A DNA stretch of 64,000 bases from Gammaproteobacteria bacterium (GCA_965222155.1 CBDCTH010000004.1:128001-192000); one strand, 5' to 3'; positions 19,452 through 30,492 are shown, counted from the stretch's first letter. A program made the numbers and translations. The notes: generated from the letters alone by a model not told the origin.

Positions 19452-20360
19452 TCAACGTAAGGAGCCGGCCTCCCTGGCTTGGCTGATATTCTTTCTTGCC
19501 TGTTCCAGGATTTCACACAGTTGTCTGGACCCCAGTAATATCCGGGTAGTGTGGCGCTGAATGATGTCGGGGTCGATGAAGAACAGGTTGTCGTAAGTTG
19601 CAGCTTTGAGAAATGACCATTGTTCCCACTCATTCAGCCAGTCCGGTCTTGCCTCATTCATGCCGCTGACGATGATAGTTTCCGGGTTTTTTGTCAGCAC
19701 TGCTTCTTTGCCTACCTGGGGTGTCGGCGAACTCAGCCCGGCGAAGATGTTACTGCCGCCGCACAGTCGAATAACGTTGCCGATGATCTGTTTGTCCGTT
19801 ACGGTAATCAGCGGGTTGGGCCACACCTGGTAGAATACGGACACTTTTTCCAGTCCGGAGTACTGGTCCCGTAACCGGGAAAGCTCTGCCAGGTACTCCT
19901 GTGTGACAGTCCCGGCTTCGGCTTCCCCGCCGCCGAGAATACCGAACCTGGTTATATCTGCAGCCACGTCCTCCGGTCGATGTGGCTCGTTTACGAATAC
20001 CGTGAGTCCCAGGTCCATCAAGCGCTCTACCTGGTGGAATTGATTCCCCTCTTTCCAGGCGATGACGAGGTCAGGTTGTAGGGCCAGGATCAATTCGGTA
20101 TCGAAGTTGTTATAATCGCCCACTGACGCTATCTTGCGCGCTTCGCTGGGGTAATCACTATAGCTGACAACGCCAACGATGGAGTGTCCGACACCCGCGG
20201 CAAACAGGTTCTCGGTGATGTGTGGCGCAAGACTGACAATCCTTGTGGCCGGTTTGTCCAACTGCACGGTACGGCCAATATCGTCGACTACCGTGAGCGC
20301 CCCGGCGCCGTGCGCATAAGCAGTCAGGAACAACACGCTGAACAACCATGAAATTCTCAT
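19452..20360 (-). CDS. btuF: Periplasmic cobalamin-binding protein
   Basis: RIVSLAPHITENLFAAG, VSYSDYP, CGGSNIF. Confidence 0.88.
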   Translation of the reverse strand: MRISWLFSVLFLTAYAHGAGALTVVDDIGRTVQLDKPATRIVSLAPHITENLFAAGVGHSIVGVVSYSDYPSEARKIASVGDYNNFDTELILALQPDLVIAWKEGNQFHQVERLMDLGLTVFVNEPHRPEDVAADITRFGILGGGEAEAGTVTQEYLAELSRLRDQYSGLEKVSVFYQVWPNPLITVTDKQIIGNVIRLCGGSNIFAGLSSPTPQVGKEAVLTKNPETIIVSGMNEARPDWLNEWEQWSFLKAATYDNLFFIDPDIIQRHTTRILLGSRQLCEILEQARKNISQAREAGSLR

Positions 20361-20686
20361 AACAATCTGCAGCCTATGCTAACCAGGACACGCTAGCATA
20401 CCATGTAAGAAAACCCGCCTTGCTGCTCGCCGTCATGGCGTCCTATCGCCGCTTGCGCCGCTTTGCTGAAATGGGCCGGCCTGAAACATGCGGAAGTGAC
20501 GGATTACCGGCCCTGCTTTACAACTTCTGGTAGTTTTGAATTCATGTTTATGTTAGTATTTGCGCCGTTTTAGCAATGGTGGCTGTAATCGGCCGCCACA
20601 CGCCATATATGGACAGCTTGACTTCATTCTGTGAGCAGCCGACAACAACGCCAGGTTTCATCAGTGTATTCTATCAAGTAGCAACC

Positions 20687-20765
20687 CGTCATTCCGGCGA
20701 ATGCCGGAATCCAGTCAAATAAAGTATTCCTTGGTTACTGGATTCCGGCATTCGCCGGAATGACG
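20687..20765. repeat. Inverted pair of CGTCATTCCGGCGAATGCCGGAATCCAGT repeats (REPIN-like)
   Basis: Perfect 29-bp arms around a 21-bp spacer. Confidence 0.85.
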
Positions 20766-20789
20766 AGAGTACTTGTCCTGCAGGCTTTA

Positions 20790-20838
20790 CAACTTCTGCG
20801 TGTTGTCAACTTCTGCGTGTTGTCAACTTCTGCGTTGT
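20790..20838 (+). repeat. 17-bp tandem repeat, about 3 copies
   Basis: caacttctgcgtgttgt x2 plus caacttctgcgttgt. Confidence 0.85.
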
Positions 20839-20874
20839 AATTCCGCGTAATATCCTTTACCATTCTGGCCTGTA

Positions 20875-21110
20875 TACAGGTTTCCAGCCGGTGAATTGAA
20901 CTGCCGACTGGATTAACGGGAAGCCTGGTGAGTTCTTGCGAACGATTCCAGCACTGCCCCCGCAACGGTGATCAGCCTGGTCCCGGACGTTACCACTGTG
21001 CTGGTCCGGATGTCTCAATAAGTGATACATCCGGGCCTGGAGCATGGGAAGGTGTTCGGGACGTTGATTGGCAACAATCAGCGCTGATAGTCCGGAGACC
21101 GACCTGGATG
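20875..21110 (+). ncRNA. Cobalamin (B12) riboswitch
   Basis: aacgggaa..ggtg, ctgcccccgcaacggt, ccactg...gggaagg, agtccggagacc B12-box elements upstream of btuB. Confidence 0.92.
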
Positions 21111-21246
21111 CATCATTCGTCCGGGTTACATTCCCGGTACGGTAATGACATGTTGCGGAGGGCGGCATTGGGTATTTGTTCTGCTCCACTTCCCCTCTTT
21201 GCTACTGTCTGAATTCGTTCACGCGATATTCAACGGGAGTGAAGAT

Positions 21247-23067
21247 ATGAATAAGTCGTTTATTTTGGCGCTGCTTGCCGGCGCCGGTCTGTATGGGCCT
21301 GTTATCCAGGCCGCTTCTTATGAAGAAATCATTGTTACCGGGACGCGCTCCCCGATAACAGCTGACAAGTTACCCGCTGCCGTTACGGTGATCAATCGGC
21401 AGGACATTGAGGAACTGCAGGTGAATTCCTTGCCTGAATTGCTGCGCGGAGTCGCTGGTGTCGATGTAACGGTCAGCGGTGGTTACGGCAAAACGACGGG
21501 TGTCCGCATGCGCGGTACCGAAAGCCAACACGTACTGGTATTGATCGACGGCGTCAGGATCGGGTCAGCGACTCTGGGGACTGCCGCTTTTCGACATTTG
21601 CAGCCGGCGCTGATAGAGCGCATCGAGATCGTACGCGGCCCGCGTTCCAGTCTGTGGGGATCTGAGGCTCTGGGTGGGGTCATTCATATATTCACCCGCA
21701 AGGGTTCGGGTGAGAAGCCGCGTTTCAGCCTGGACGCCGGTGGCGGTTCTTTTGATACCTTCGGGGTAACCGGTGGCGTCAGTGGCGAATATCGGGATTT
21801 CGACTACAGCGCATCTGTTTCCTGGTTTGATTCACGCGGGATCGATTCGAGACGGCCTACCCCGGGTCACTTCGGTGTCGATCAGCCGGATAATGACAAC
21901 TACGACAATATTTCCGTGCATTTCCGCGGGGGCTATGATTTCGCCGACACGGGCAGGATAGAAGCCTTCATCATGAGGGCGGAAGGAATGACTGAGTACG
22001 ATGGCAATTTCCAGGATGAGACCGATTTCCTGCAACAGGTGGGGGGGGGGTCACTTTCATTCAACCCCGTGGAGGACTGGAACACGTCTTTACGACTGAG
22101 CGAGGCCAGCGATGAGATGGAAAACTTCGCCCCGTCTGGCGATTTCTTTTCGAATTTCGATACCCGGCGCCGGCAGTTGTCATGGCAAAACGATATCTCG
22201 TTGTTTGACGCACAGTTACTGACCTTTGGTGTGGACTACCGGAATGACAAGGTGGGCAGCTCAACCGACTATGCCCGGACCGGCAGGGATAATATCGGCG
22301 TATTCGGGCAGTATGGCGTGAACTTTCACGGTCACCAGTTGATTGCCTCGGTGCGCTGGGATGATGACGAGGTGTTCGGCAATGAAACGACAGGCGGGGT
22401 CGGTTGGAGTTACACCTGGCATGACTCGTTGCGCTTGTATGCTTCATACGGCACAGCCTACAAGACGCCAACCTTCAATGAACTGTTTTTTCCCTTCTTC
22501 GGCAACCCTGACTTGAGGCCGGAGACCGGCGAGTCCTACGAGGCGGGCATTGAGGGACAATATGAACGCTTCGGGTGGAGTACCCGGGCTTATCGCATAA
22601 ACGCGGAGGATCTCATCGCTACCGTCTGCGATCACAGATTCAACTGCGCTCCGGAAAACGTCAATGAGGCACAGGTTACCGGCGTAGAAGGTGAATTTTT
22701 TGTTCAATGGGGCGGATGGAATGCCATGTTAGGCGTGGAGTACCTGGACCCGGAGAATGAAACTTCGGGGAAGCGTCTGCCGCGCCGGGTCAAGAAGAGG
22801 TTGTCGTTCGACCTGAGGCGGGACCTGGGCAGGTTCACATTCGGCACACGCCTGCTTGCCGAAGGGAACCGCTTCGATAATGCCGGCAATACTATCAAGG
22901 TCAACGGGTTCGCTACGGTTGATTTGTCGGGAGAATACCGGCTCAGTGAACACCTGACATTGCGGGCAAAGGTCGCGAACCTACTCGATGAGGAATACCA
23001 GACCATCGACACCTTTAACTCATTCGACCGGAATTTTTTTGTATCGGTGCATTATCGAAGCCGGTAG
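21247..23067 (+). CDS. btuB: TonB-dependent vitamin B12 receptor
   Basis: Signal peptide, EEIIVTGTR, LVLIDGVRIGSAT, IERIEIVRGPRSSLWG; downstream of riboswitch. Confidence 0.9.
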   Translation: MNKSFILALLAGAGLYGPVIQAASYEEIIVTGTRSPITADKLPAAVTVINRQDIEELQVNSLPELLRGVAGVDVTVSGGYGKTTGVRMRGTESQHVLVLIDGVRIGSATLGTAAFRHLQPALIERIEIVRGPRSSLWGSEALGGVIHIFTRKGSGEKPRFSLDAGGGSFDTFGVTGGVSGEYRDFDYSASVSWFDSRGIDSRRPTPGHFGVDQPDNDNYDNISVHFRGGYDFADTGRIEAFIMRAEGMTEYDGNFQDETDFLQQVGGGSLSFNPVEDWNTSLRLSEASDEMENFAPSGDFFSNFDTRRRQLSWQNDISLFDAQLLTFGVDYRNDKVGSSTDYARTGRDNIGVFGQYGVNFHGHQLIASVRWDDDEVFGNETTGGVGWSYTWHDSLRLYASYGTAYKTPTFNELFFPFFGNPDLRPETGESYEAGIEGQYERFGWSTRAYRINAEDLIATVCDHRFNCAPENVNEAQVTGVEGEFFVQWGGWNAMLGVEYLDPENETSGKRLPRRVKKRLSFDLRRDLGRFTFGTRLLAEGNRFDNAGNTIKVNGFATVDLSGEYRLSEHLTLRAKVANLLDEEYQTIDTFNSFDRNFFVSVHYRSR

Positions 23068-23247
23068 TCGACCAGTCCCCAATAACCCCTTGAGGCGAAC
23101 GGCGCTAACTGCCGGCAGACATGGGGGTTATGCATAGAGAAACCGCTGTGCTAATATTTCCGACCTGTACCTGGATTACCCCGCAGCCAGGACGGTCAGG
23201 CGAATAACCTTCCTTGTTTATATGGGGCGAGGTGGAGAGGTAGAGAC

Positions 23248-23853
23248 ATGTCAGAGACAACAGTCAGTGCCGCCGAGCACAAGCAGAAGATGCAGGAGCA
23301 GCAAAGACAGGTGCGCGCCCGGATTGCCGGGGCGAAGGCAAAGCGCGGCGTCATCATCTACCTGTACGGCAACGGCAAAGGCAAAAGCAGTTCCGCATTC
23401 GGCACTCTGGCAAGGAGCGTGGGCCACGGCAAGAATGGCGCGGTCGTACAATTCATCAAGGGTAAATGGAAGACCGGTGAACAGACGATCTTCAAACAAC
23501 TGGGTGTAAAACATCTGGTAATGGGAACGGGGTTTACCTGGGATACCCAGGATCGGGACAAGGATATCGCCGCCGCCGAGCAGGTCTGGAAAAAAGCGGT
23601 TACGCTGTTTCAGGACCCCGGTTTCGATATCATCGTACTGGATGAAGTGACTTATATGTTCAAATATGGCTACCTGTCCGTTGCGGAAATCTGTGAGGTC
23701 CTGCTCGCCAGGCCGGAAAAACAGAACGTCATCATCACCGGCAGGGACGCGATACCTGAATTACTCGAAATCGCCGATACCATAAGTGAAGTCAGGGAGG
23801 TGCGGCATGCCTTCAACCAGGGTATCAAGGCCCAGAAAGGAATAGAATTTTAA
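23248..23853 (+). CDS. cobO: Cob(I)alamin adenosyltransferase
   Basis: GNGKGKSSSAFG, VQFIKG, GFTW, HAFNQGIKAQKGIEF. Confidence 0.95.
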   Translation: MSETTVSAAEHKQKMQEQQRQVRARIAGAKAKRGVIIYLYGNGKGKSSSAFGTLARSVGHGKNGAVVQFIKGKWKTGEQTIFKQLGVKHLVMGTGFTWDTQDRDKDIAAAEQVWKKAVTLFQDPGFDIIVLDEVTYMFKYGYLSVAEICEVLLARPEKQNVIITGRDAIPELLEIADTISEVREVRHAFNQGIKAQKGIEF

Positions 23854-23857
23854 AATT

Positions 23858-25531
23858 TTAGCCCGACCCGGAGCCCAGCATCTCCCTGGCGTGATTCCGG
23901 GACTGTTCCGAGACTCGGATGCCGCCCAGCATACGTGCGATTTCTTCTACCCGCTCAGCCTTACCCAACTCATGGACCTGGGTTTCGGTTATTTTATCGT
24001 CGGTGGTTTTTGTCACCCTGATGTGGTTATCCCCCTGAGAGGCTACCTGCGGCAGGTGGGTGACGCACAGAATCTGCCGGTCTGCAGCCAGCCTATGCAA
24101 CAGGTTGCCGACGATTTCGGCAATTCCCCCTGCGATACCCGCGTCCACTTCGTCGAATATCATGGTTGCCACGCTGCTGTCCCGGTTTGCGCTGACCTGG
24201 ACCGCAAGGCTGATGCGTGAGAGTTCTCCTCCGGAGGCGACCTTTCTCAACGGCAGCAAGGCCTGGCCGGGGTTGGCAGAGACGAGGAATTCAACCTGGT
24301 TATTCCCGTTTCTGTGAGGCTTTAAATCCGGGCCGGGTGTGACGTTGATATTGAGAGTGCCTTCAGGCATACCCAGGGTTCGTATCCTGCCGCTGATGTC
24401 TGCCGCCATCACGGTCGCGCACTCACGCCGGCGCTCACCCAGATTATCTGCGGCCGTCCGGTATTCTTCAAGCGACCTGATTTGTTCCTGTTCCAGTTCC
24501 GCCAGCCGCTCGCGATGCTGTTCAATAGCGTCCAGTTTCCGTCCTATGGATTGATAATGAGCGAATAACAGTTGCGGCTGCACCCGGTGTTTTCGGGCCA
24601 TGTCGTGCAACTGCTCCAGACGCTGTTCCACCTGGTGCAGGTGAGCTGGGTCCCGGTCCAGGCTGTGCAGGTAAGTCCCCAACTCATCGGCCGCCTCGCT
24701 GATATGTATCGCCGCATTTTCCAGTAGCCCGGTAATGTTTGCCAGGCCGGGATCAAACCGTTCCAGAGCGGTCAGCTCTTTTTTGACGGTGTTGATCCTG
24801 TCGGTTACCGACTGCTCGCCGGCACGTAAACCGTCCAGTGCCGTTTGGGCCGTTTCGAGCAGATTGTTTATATTGGCCAGCCGCTTATACTCGTCTTCCA
24901 GCCGGTCCACCTCGTTTTCTTCCAGTTCAAGCGCCTGTAATTCTTCCACCTGGTACTTGAGCAGTGATAAGCGGTCACCGGATTCTCCCTCCGTATCGGT
25001 CAGTGAACTTATCTCCCGGGTCACGCCATCCCATTTTTCAAACGCGCGGCTTACCTGGTCCGCTATATCGCCATAGTCACCGAAGCCGTCTAGTAACTCC
25101 CGTTGTACGTCTCTTTTCAATAAACTCTGGTGTGCATGCTGGCCGTGGATATCAATCAGGAAGGCGGCTGCGCCACGCAGCAACTGCAGGGGGGCCGCAG
25201 TGGTATTGATATAGGCGCGGGAACGCCCGTCCCTGTTGATGATCCGGCGCAGTACCAGTTCGTTATCTGCAACGTTTATGGATTGCTCCTCCAGCAACGA
25301 CAATAACCGTTCATCTTCTGCGACACTGAATGCGGCGCTGATCTCGGTGCGTGCGCACCCCGTTCGGATAACGGAGGTATCCGCCCGATCACCCAGGACC
25401 AGTCCCAGAGCATCTATCAGTATGGATTTTCCGGTGCCGGTTTCGCCGGTCAGGACCGTCAGACCTTCCCTGAACGATAACTCAGCGTTTTCTATTACTG
25501 CAAGATTGATGATGCTGAGATGCTTCAACAT
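23858..25531 (-). CDS. recN: DNA repair protein RecN
   Basis: LTGETGTGKS, ASGGELSR, FDEVDAG, VTHLPQVA. Confidence 0.97.
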   Translation of the reverse strand: MLKHLSIINLAVIENAELSFREGLTVLTGETGTGKSILIDALGLVLGDRADTSVIRTGCARTEISAAFSVAEDERLLSLLEEQSINVADNELVLRRIINRDGRSRAYINTTAAPLQLLRGAAAFLIDIHGQHAHQSLLKRDVQRELLDGFGDYGDIADQVSRAFEKWDGVTREISSLTDTEGESGDRLSLLKYQVEELQALELEENEVDRLEDEYKRLANINNLLETAQTALDGLRAGEQSVTDRINTVKKELTALERFDPGLANITGLLENAAIHISEAADELGTYLHSLDRDPAHLHQVEQRLEQLHDMARKHRVQPQLLFAHYQSIGRKLDAIEQHRERLAELEQEQIRSLEEYRTAADNLGERRRECATVMAADISGRIRTLGMPEGTLNINVTPGPDLKPHRNGNNQVEFLVSANPGQALLPLRKVASGGELSRISLAVQVSANRDSSVATMIFDEVDAGIAGGIAEIVGNLLHRLAADRQILCVTHLPQVASQGDNHIRVTKTTDDKITETQVHELGKAERVEEIARMLGGIRVSEQSRNHAREMLGSGSG

Positions 25532-25612
25532 AATATTTCCGGAGCGTGTCTATGTTATGCACTGAAGGGTTCAGGTACCCGCTGGCGGCAAAAATCCGCC
25601 ACATCAACATAA

Positions 25613-25637
25613 GGGGACGGATTTGAAATCCGTCCCC
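25613..25637. repeat. GGGGACRGATTT palindrome
   Basis: ggggacggatttgaaatccgtcccc; 36 bp of context identical to 61921-61956. Confidence 0.85.
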
Positions 25638-25681
25638 GGAGAGTTCAATAGATCGTGTATTCTCTGTGGCGAGATAAAGAT

Positions 25682-26542
25682 CTACCCCCAGTTCAATTTA
25701 TCCCTGAGGATCTTGAAATGATCGTGGTCCGCGGGATGGATGAGCCGTATTTTCTTATCTTTCTTTTGTATGTTTATCTTGTCTCCCGTAACCAGTTCGC
25801 AGACGATTTCACCGTCACGGGTCAGGTACGCCCGGTCGATTTGCGGTGTGCCGATGATGACCTCCACCACGCTGTTGCCGTCGATGACAACCGGCCGGTT
25901 GCTCAAAGTATGCGGACAGATCGGCACCAGCACCAGTGCGTTGAGCGCCGGGTGTAATATCGGGCCGCCACCGGCAAGTGCATAAGCGGTTGAACCGGTG
26001 GGCGATGAGATGATCATACCGTCTGATCGCTGTCGGTGGAGAAAATTGCCGTTGACGAATGTCTCAAGTTCAATCAGTTTGGCGATATTACCCTTCTGTA
26101 TAATGACGTCATTGAAGGCATGGCTTTCCATTAAGGTTTTACCCTTGCTTTCAATTTCGCAGTGTAATTGAAAGCGTTCGTCTTCAACATAGTTCCCGCC
26201 CAGGATTTCGTCCAGACGGCGGATCACGGCATTGGCGGGTATATCAGCGAGGAAACCGAGGCGGCCCCGGTTGATGCCGAGTAACGGTACATTGTAATCG
26301 GCCAGCAGATGAGCGGCCCGCAACATGGTGCCGTCGCCACCTATGACAATGGTGAGGTCGCAGTTCATACCGAAAAATTCCGCGTTTCCTTCGGGCAGTT
26401 TCAGATTCGGTACCAGCCTGGCGGAAAATTCATCAAGCACCACCTCCATGTCACGCTCCTGGAGATATTCTATAACCGCCTGTAAAGTATAGATTATTTC
26501 AGCAGTGCTATTATTTGTGATAATGGCTATAGTTTTGAACAT
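25682..26542 (-). CDS. nadK: NAD kinase
   Basis: GGDGTML, GRLGFL, PTGSTAYALAGGGP. Confidence 0.96.
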   Translation of the reverse strand: MFKTIAIITNNSTAEIIYTLQAVIEYLQERDMEVVLDEFSARLVPNLKLPEGNAEFFGMNCDLTIVIGGDGTMLRAAHLLADYNVPLLGINRGRLGFLADIPANAVIRRLDEILGGNYVEDERFQLHCEIESKGKTLMESHAFNDVIIQKGNIAKLIELETFVNGNFLHRQRSDGMIISSPTGSTAYALAGGGPILHPALNALVLVPICPHTLSNRPVVIDGNSVVEVIIGTPQIDRAYLTRDGEIVCELVTGDKINIQKKDKKIRLIHPADHDHFKILRDKLNWG

Positions 26543-26545
26543 TAT

Positions 26546-26572
26546 TTTGCACTAATATGAATTGAGTGATAA
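26546..26572. promoter_or_regulatory. CIRCE-like HrcA operator
   Basis: TTTGCACTA-N9-GAGTGATAA versus consensus TTAGCACTC-N9-GAGTGCTAA, between the divergent nadK and hrcA starts. Confidence 0.7.
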
Positions 26573-26610
26573 ATTTTCCTCCGGGGTACTTTGCCACATT
26601 AAACTGAACT

Positions 26611-27669
26611 ATGCCAAAAAATCGTCACCAGCCCGTATTTGATTTAAACGAGCGCAGTTTGTTATTGTTTAAATCCCTGGTTGAGCATTTCATCCAGGAT
26701 GGTCATCCCGTGGGTTCGCGTACCCTGGCTCGGGATACGGGTCTGGCTTTAAGCCCGGCAACCATCCGCAATGTGATGGCTGACCTGGAAGACATGGGAT
26801 TATTGCACTCTCCTCATACTTCAGCCGGACGTATTCCCACGGTGCGCGGGTACCGCCTGTTCGTTGACAGCATGCTCCGGGTTGAACAACTGCAGGAAAG
26901 GGAAGTGCAGCGCATGGCGCGGGAAATGGCTGCGGAAGTTGATATCCAGCACCTGGTAGTACGCGCCTCAAGCCTGCTATCCGATATTACCAAACTGGCA
27001 GCGGTCGTCATGCTGCCCCGCAAGCGGCAGAGTTCGCTTGAGCACATTGAGTTCATCACCCTTTCAGAGAATCGAATTCTTGTCATACTGGTTTTAAGCA
27101 ACAAGGAGATCCAGAACAGGATCATACACACGGCAAAAACCTATACTCAATCACAGTTGCAACAGACTGCAAACTATCTTAATGCCACCTGTCGCGGCAA
27201 GGACCTGGAAACGATCCGGATCGATGTGCTGAGTGACCTGAGAAAGTTGAAGGAAGACGTCAATGAATTGATGCAGACAGCCATCGAAATGGCGCAACAC
27301 GCCTTTGTTGCCCCTTCTACCGAGGGTGAAGTCGTAATCTCAGGTCATACCAACCTGATGGGTGTGGCGGATCTTAGCGACCTGGATAAACTGAGACGAT
27401 TATTCGAGAGCTTCAACCAGAAACGGGATATCCTGCACTTGCTGGAAAATGCGATTAGCGCCAAGGGCGTACAAATATTCATTGGCGAGGAGTCGGGCTA
27501 TGAGGTTCTGGATAATTGCAGTATCGTCACCTCCCCATACAAGGATGGAGGACAAGTCCTCGGCGTGCTGGGTGTAATAGGCCCTACCCGCATGGATTAT
27601 GAAAGAATCATTCCGGCCGTAGACGTGACCGCCAGAATACTGGGCTCGATCTTGAATTCTGCGGATTAG
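26611..27669 (+). CDS. hrcA: Heat-inducible transcription repressor
   Basis: PVGSRTLA, SPATIRNVMADLE, PHTSAGRIPT, GVIGPTRMDY. Confidence 0.97.
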   Translation: MPKNRHQPVFDLNERSLLLFKSLVEHFIQDGHPVGSRTLARDTGLALSPATIRNVMADLEDMGLLHSPHTSAGRIPTVRGYRLFVDSMLRVEQLQEREVQRMAREMAAEVDIQHLVVRASSLLSDITKLAAVVMLPRKRQSSLEHIEFITLSENRILVILVLSNKEIQNRIIHTAKTYTQSQLQQTANYLNATCRGKDLETIRIDVLSDLRKLKEDVNELMQTAIEMAQHAFVAPSTEGEVVISGHTNLMGVADLSDLDKLRRLFESFNQKRDILHLLENAISAKGVQIFIGEESGYEVLDNCSIVTSPYKDGGQVLGVLGVIGPTRMDYERIIPAVDVTARILGSILNSAD

Positions 27670-27676
27670 CCTATAT
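27651..27676 (+). promoter_or_regulatory. Sigma-32-like promoter for grpE
   Basis: CTTGAA-N13-CCTATAT. Confidence 0.55.
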
Positions 27677-27807
27677 CTTTCATACGCAAGTAGCGCGGAG
27701 TCGTATTTACGCGCCTCCACAGGTATTGTTGGCATGAGGAACATCCCGTTCATTAAAAGTATTCCTGACAATACCGATTCAATGGGCAAAATAATGGGTT
27801 AATCATT

Positions 27808-28407
27808 ATGGTTGAAGAAAAAAAACAAACAGGCAACGGAGTGGGAACCGGACAGGCTGAGAATTCTCCCGCAGTAGAAGCGTATCCCGAAGAAGTCGAA
27901 GTCGAGGCAGGTGCCCGGGAACCGGAGCAGGCTGTTCCTGACGAAATTGCCGACCTGTCGCAGGAAAATGAACGATTAAAATTAGAAGTACGGGAAAGTA
28001 TTGATAAAGCGTTACGGGCCACTGCGGAACTGGATAATATTCGTAAACGCACGTCCCGTGACATCGAAAATGCCCATAAATATGCGCTGGAAAGATTCGT
28101 CAATGAATTATTACCGGTTGTAGACAGTATGGAGTTGGGCATTAACGCGTCACAATCAGCGGAAGATATCGAGAGTTTACGAGAAGGGATGGACCTGACC
28201 CTGAAAAAGCTTTTCGATTGCCTGGGCAAGTTTGGGGTAAACGCCATTGACCCGGCCGGTGACAAGTTCGATCCTGAATGGCATCAAGCCGTTTCTATGC
28301 AGGAGCTGGAAGGCAGTGATTCGGGCCAGGTTATAACCGTGATGCAGAAAGGCTATGAGTTGAACGGGCGGCTGATAAGGCCGGCCATGGTCGTGGTGGC
28401 GAAATAA
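27808..28407 (+). CDS. grpE: Nucleotide exchange factor GrpE
   Basis: LRATAELDNIRKR, FDPEWHQAV, QKGYELNGRLIRPAMV. Confidence 0.97.
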   Translation: MVEEKKQTGNGVGTGQAENSPAVEAYPEEVEVEAGAREPEQAVPDEIADLSQENERLKLEVRESIDKALRATAELDNIRKRTSRDIENAHKYALERFVNELLPVVDSMELGINASQSAEDIESLREGMDLTLKKLFDCLGKFGVNAIDPAGDKFDPEWHQAVSMQELEGSDSGQVITVMQKGYELNGRLIRPAMVVVAK

Positions 28408-28426
28408 TCAATATTGGCCTGCCATG

Positions 28427-28455
28427 CTTGAATTTCAGCACTATGGCCCACATAT
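28427..28455 (+). promoter_or_regulatory. Sigma-32-like promoter for dnaK
   Basis: CTTGAA-N14-CCCACATAT. Confidence 0.6.
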
Positions 28456-28551
28456 ACCCGTTATCCCGCGTATTGCGCCGGCGGCTACATGAGTCACATC
28501 GGGGTTACATACAGAAATAAAACAGTTAGGAATATCAAAGAGGCTTGAAAG

Positions 28552-30492
28552 ATGAGCAAAATAATCGGTATAGACCTGGGCACGACTAATTCCTGTGTTG
28601 CGGTGTTGGAAGGCGGTCAGGCCAGAGTCATTGAAAACAGTGAGGGCGGTCGAACCACACCGTCTATTGTCGCGTTTTCCGACGACGACGAAGTCCTCGT
28701 GGGGCAGTCGGCCAAGCGCCAGGGGGTTACCAACCCCGACAAGACATTATTTGCGGTCAAACGATTAATCGGCCGGCGTTATGAGGACAAGGTAGTGCAA
28801 AAGGATATGGATATGGTCTCGTATAAAATCGTAAAAGCGGACAACGGTGATGCCTGGGTGGAAATAAAGGGCAAAAAGATGGCGCCCCCGGAGGTCTCGG
28901 CGCGCGTCCTGATGAAAATGAAACAGACAGCCGAGGATTACCTGGGAGAAAAGGTCACTGAGGCGGTGATTACCGTTCCGGCCTATTTCAATGATTCGCA
29001 ACGCCAGGCAACCAAGGATGCAGGAAAGATCGCGGGTCTGGAAGTGCGGCGCATCATCAATGAACCGACGGCCGCAGCCCTGGCCTACGGCATGGACAAG
29101 AAACATGGAGACTCCAGGATAGCCGTTTACGATCTGGGTGGCGGTACCTTTGACGTATCCATTATTGAAATCGCCGAAGTGGATGGTGAACACCAGTTTG
29201 AGGTGTTGTCCACTAATGGCGATACGTTTTTGGGCGGAGAGGATTTTGATCTGCGTATCATCGATTTTCTCTGTGATGAATTCAAGAAGGACCAGGGAAT
29301 CGATCTGCATAATGATCCCCTGGCGCTGCAACGCTTGAAGGAGGCTGCGGAAAAGGCAAAGATAGAGCTGTCGTCCAGCCAGCAGACTGACATAAACCTG
29401 CCTTATATCACGGCAGACTCCGGTGGTCCGAAGCATCTCAACATCAAGCTGAGTCGTTCCAGGCTCGAGGCGCTCGTGGGAGACCTGGTTGAACGCACCA
29501 TTCAACCGTGCCGCGTGGCCCTGGAAGATGCCGGATTTCCCGCATCGGATATCTCCGACGTTATCCTGGTGGGCGGTCAGACCCGTATGCCCAAGGTGCA
29601 GGAGAAGGTCAAGGATTTCTTCGGTAAGGAACCGCGCAAGGACGTCAACCCGGATGAAGCCGTCGCGGTCGGCGCGGCGATCCAGGCTGGCGTACTGGGC
29701 GGTGACGTGAAAGACGTGCTGTTGCTTGATGTAACGCCGCTTTCGCTGGGTATCGAGACTCTGGGCGGCGTGATGACCAAGCTTATCGACAAGAATACGA
29801 CCATTCCGACCAAGGCGCAGCAGGTATTCTCCACTGCGGACGATAACCAGACCGCGGTGACGGTACACGTCCTGCAGGGTGAGCGTGAGATGGTCGCGGG
29901 CAATAAATCGCTGGGCCGGTTTGACCTGACGGATATTCCGTCTGCGCCTCGGGGCATACCCCAGATTGAAGTGGCTTTTGATATTGATGCCAACGGTATA
30001 TTGAACGTATCGGCAAAGGACAAGGCAACAGGTAAGGAACAGTCTATCGTGATCAAGGCTTCCAGCGGGCTATCGGACGAGGAAATCAATAATATGGTCA
30101 AGGACGCGGAGGCTCATGCCGAGGAAGACCGGCAGGCAAAGGAACTGGTCGAGTCCCGTAACCTGGCGGAGAACCTGGTGTATTCAACGAAGAAATCCAT
30201 TGACGAATTGGGCGACAAGGTCGAAGAACAGGAGAAAAAGGACATCGAAGCCGCCATTGCCGACGTCGAAGAAGCCGTGAAAGGGAATGACAAGGAGGTC
30301 ATAGAGGAAAAAACCCGGAAACTGACTGAAGTTGCGGGTAAACTGGCGGAGAAGGCGTACCAACAGGCTGCGGCTGCCGACGCCAACGCCAATGCCAACG
30401 GCGAAGATAATCCTGCAGAAGCGAATAACGGCGCCGGCAACGAGGATGTTGTTGATGCTGAATTCGAGGAAGTGGATGACAACAAGAAGTAA
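28552..30492 (+). CDS. dnaK: Chaperone DnaK
   Basis: [25 protein letters not shown]. Confidence 0.99.
   Translation: MSKIIGIDLGTTNSCVAVLEGGQARVIENSEGGRTTPSIVAFSDDDEVLVGQSAKRQGVTNPDKTLFAVKRLIGRRYEDKVVQKDMDMVSYKIVKADNGDAWVEIKGKKMAPPEVSARVLMKMKQTAEDYLGEKVTEAVITVPAYFNDSQRQATKDAGKIAGLEVRRIINEPTAAALAYGMDKKHGDSRIAVYDLGGGTFDVSIIEIAEVDGEHQFEVLSTNGDTFLGGEDFDLRIIDFLCDEFKKDQGIDLHNDPLALQRLKEAAEKAKIELSSSQQTDINLPYITADSGGPKHLNIKLSRSRLEALVGDLVERTIQPCRVALEDAGFPASDISDVILVGGQTRMPKVQEKVKDFFGKEPRKDVNPDEAVAVGAAIQAGVLGGDVKDVLLLDVTPLSLGIETLGGVMTKLIDKNTTIPTKAQQVFSTADDNQTAVTVHVLQGEREMVAGNKSLGRFDLTDIPSAPRGIPQIEVAFDIDANGILNVSAKDKATGKEQSIVIKASSGLSDEEINNMVKDAEAHAEEDRQAKELVESRNLAENLVYSTKKSIDELGDKVEEQEKKDIEAAIADVEEAVKGNDKEVIEEKTRKLTEVAGKLAEKAYQQAAAADANANANGEDNPAEANNGAGNEDVVDAEFEEVDDNKK

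Noticed and set aside
28765-29868. Long antisense ORFs (also 50254-51309, 53357-54361, 58221-59138)
   Set aside because: Shadows of well-supported genes on the opposite strand, with no recognisable motifs
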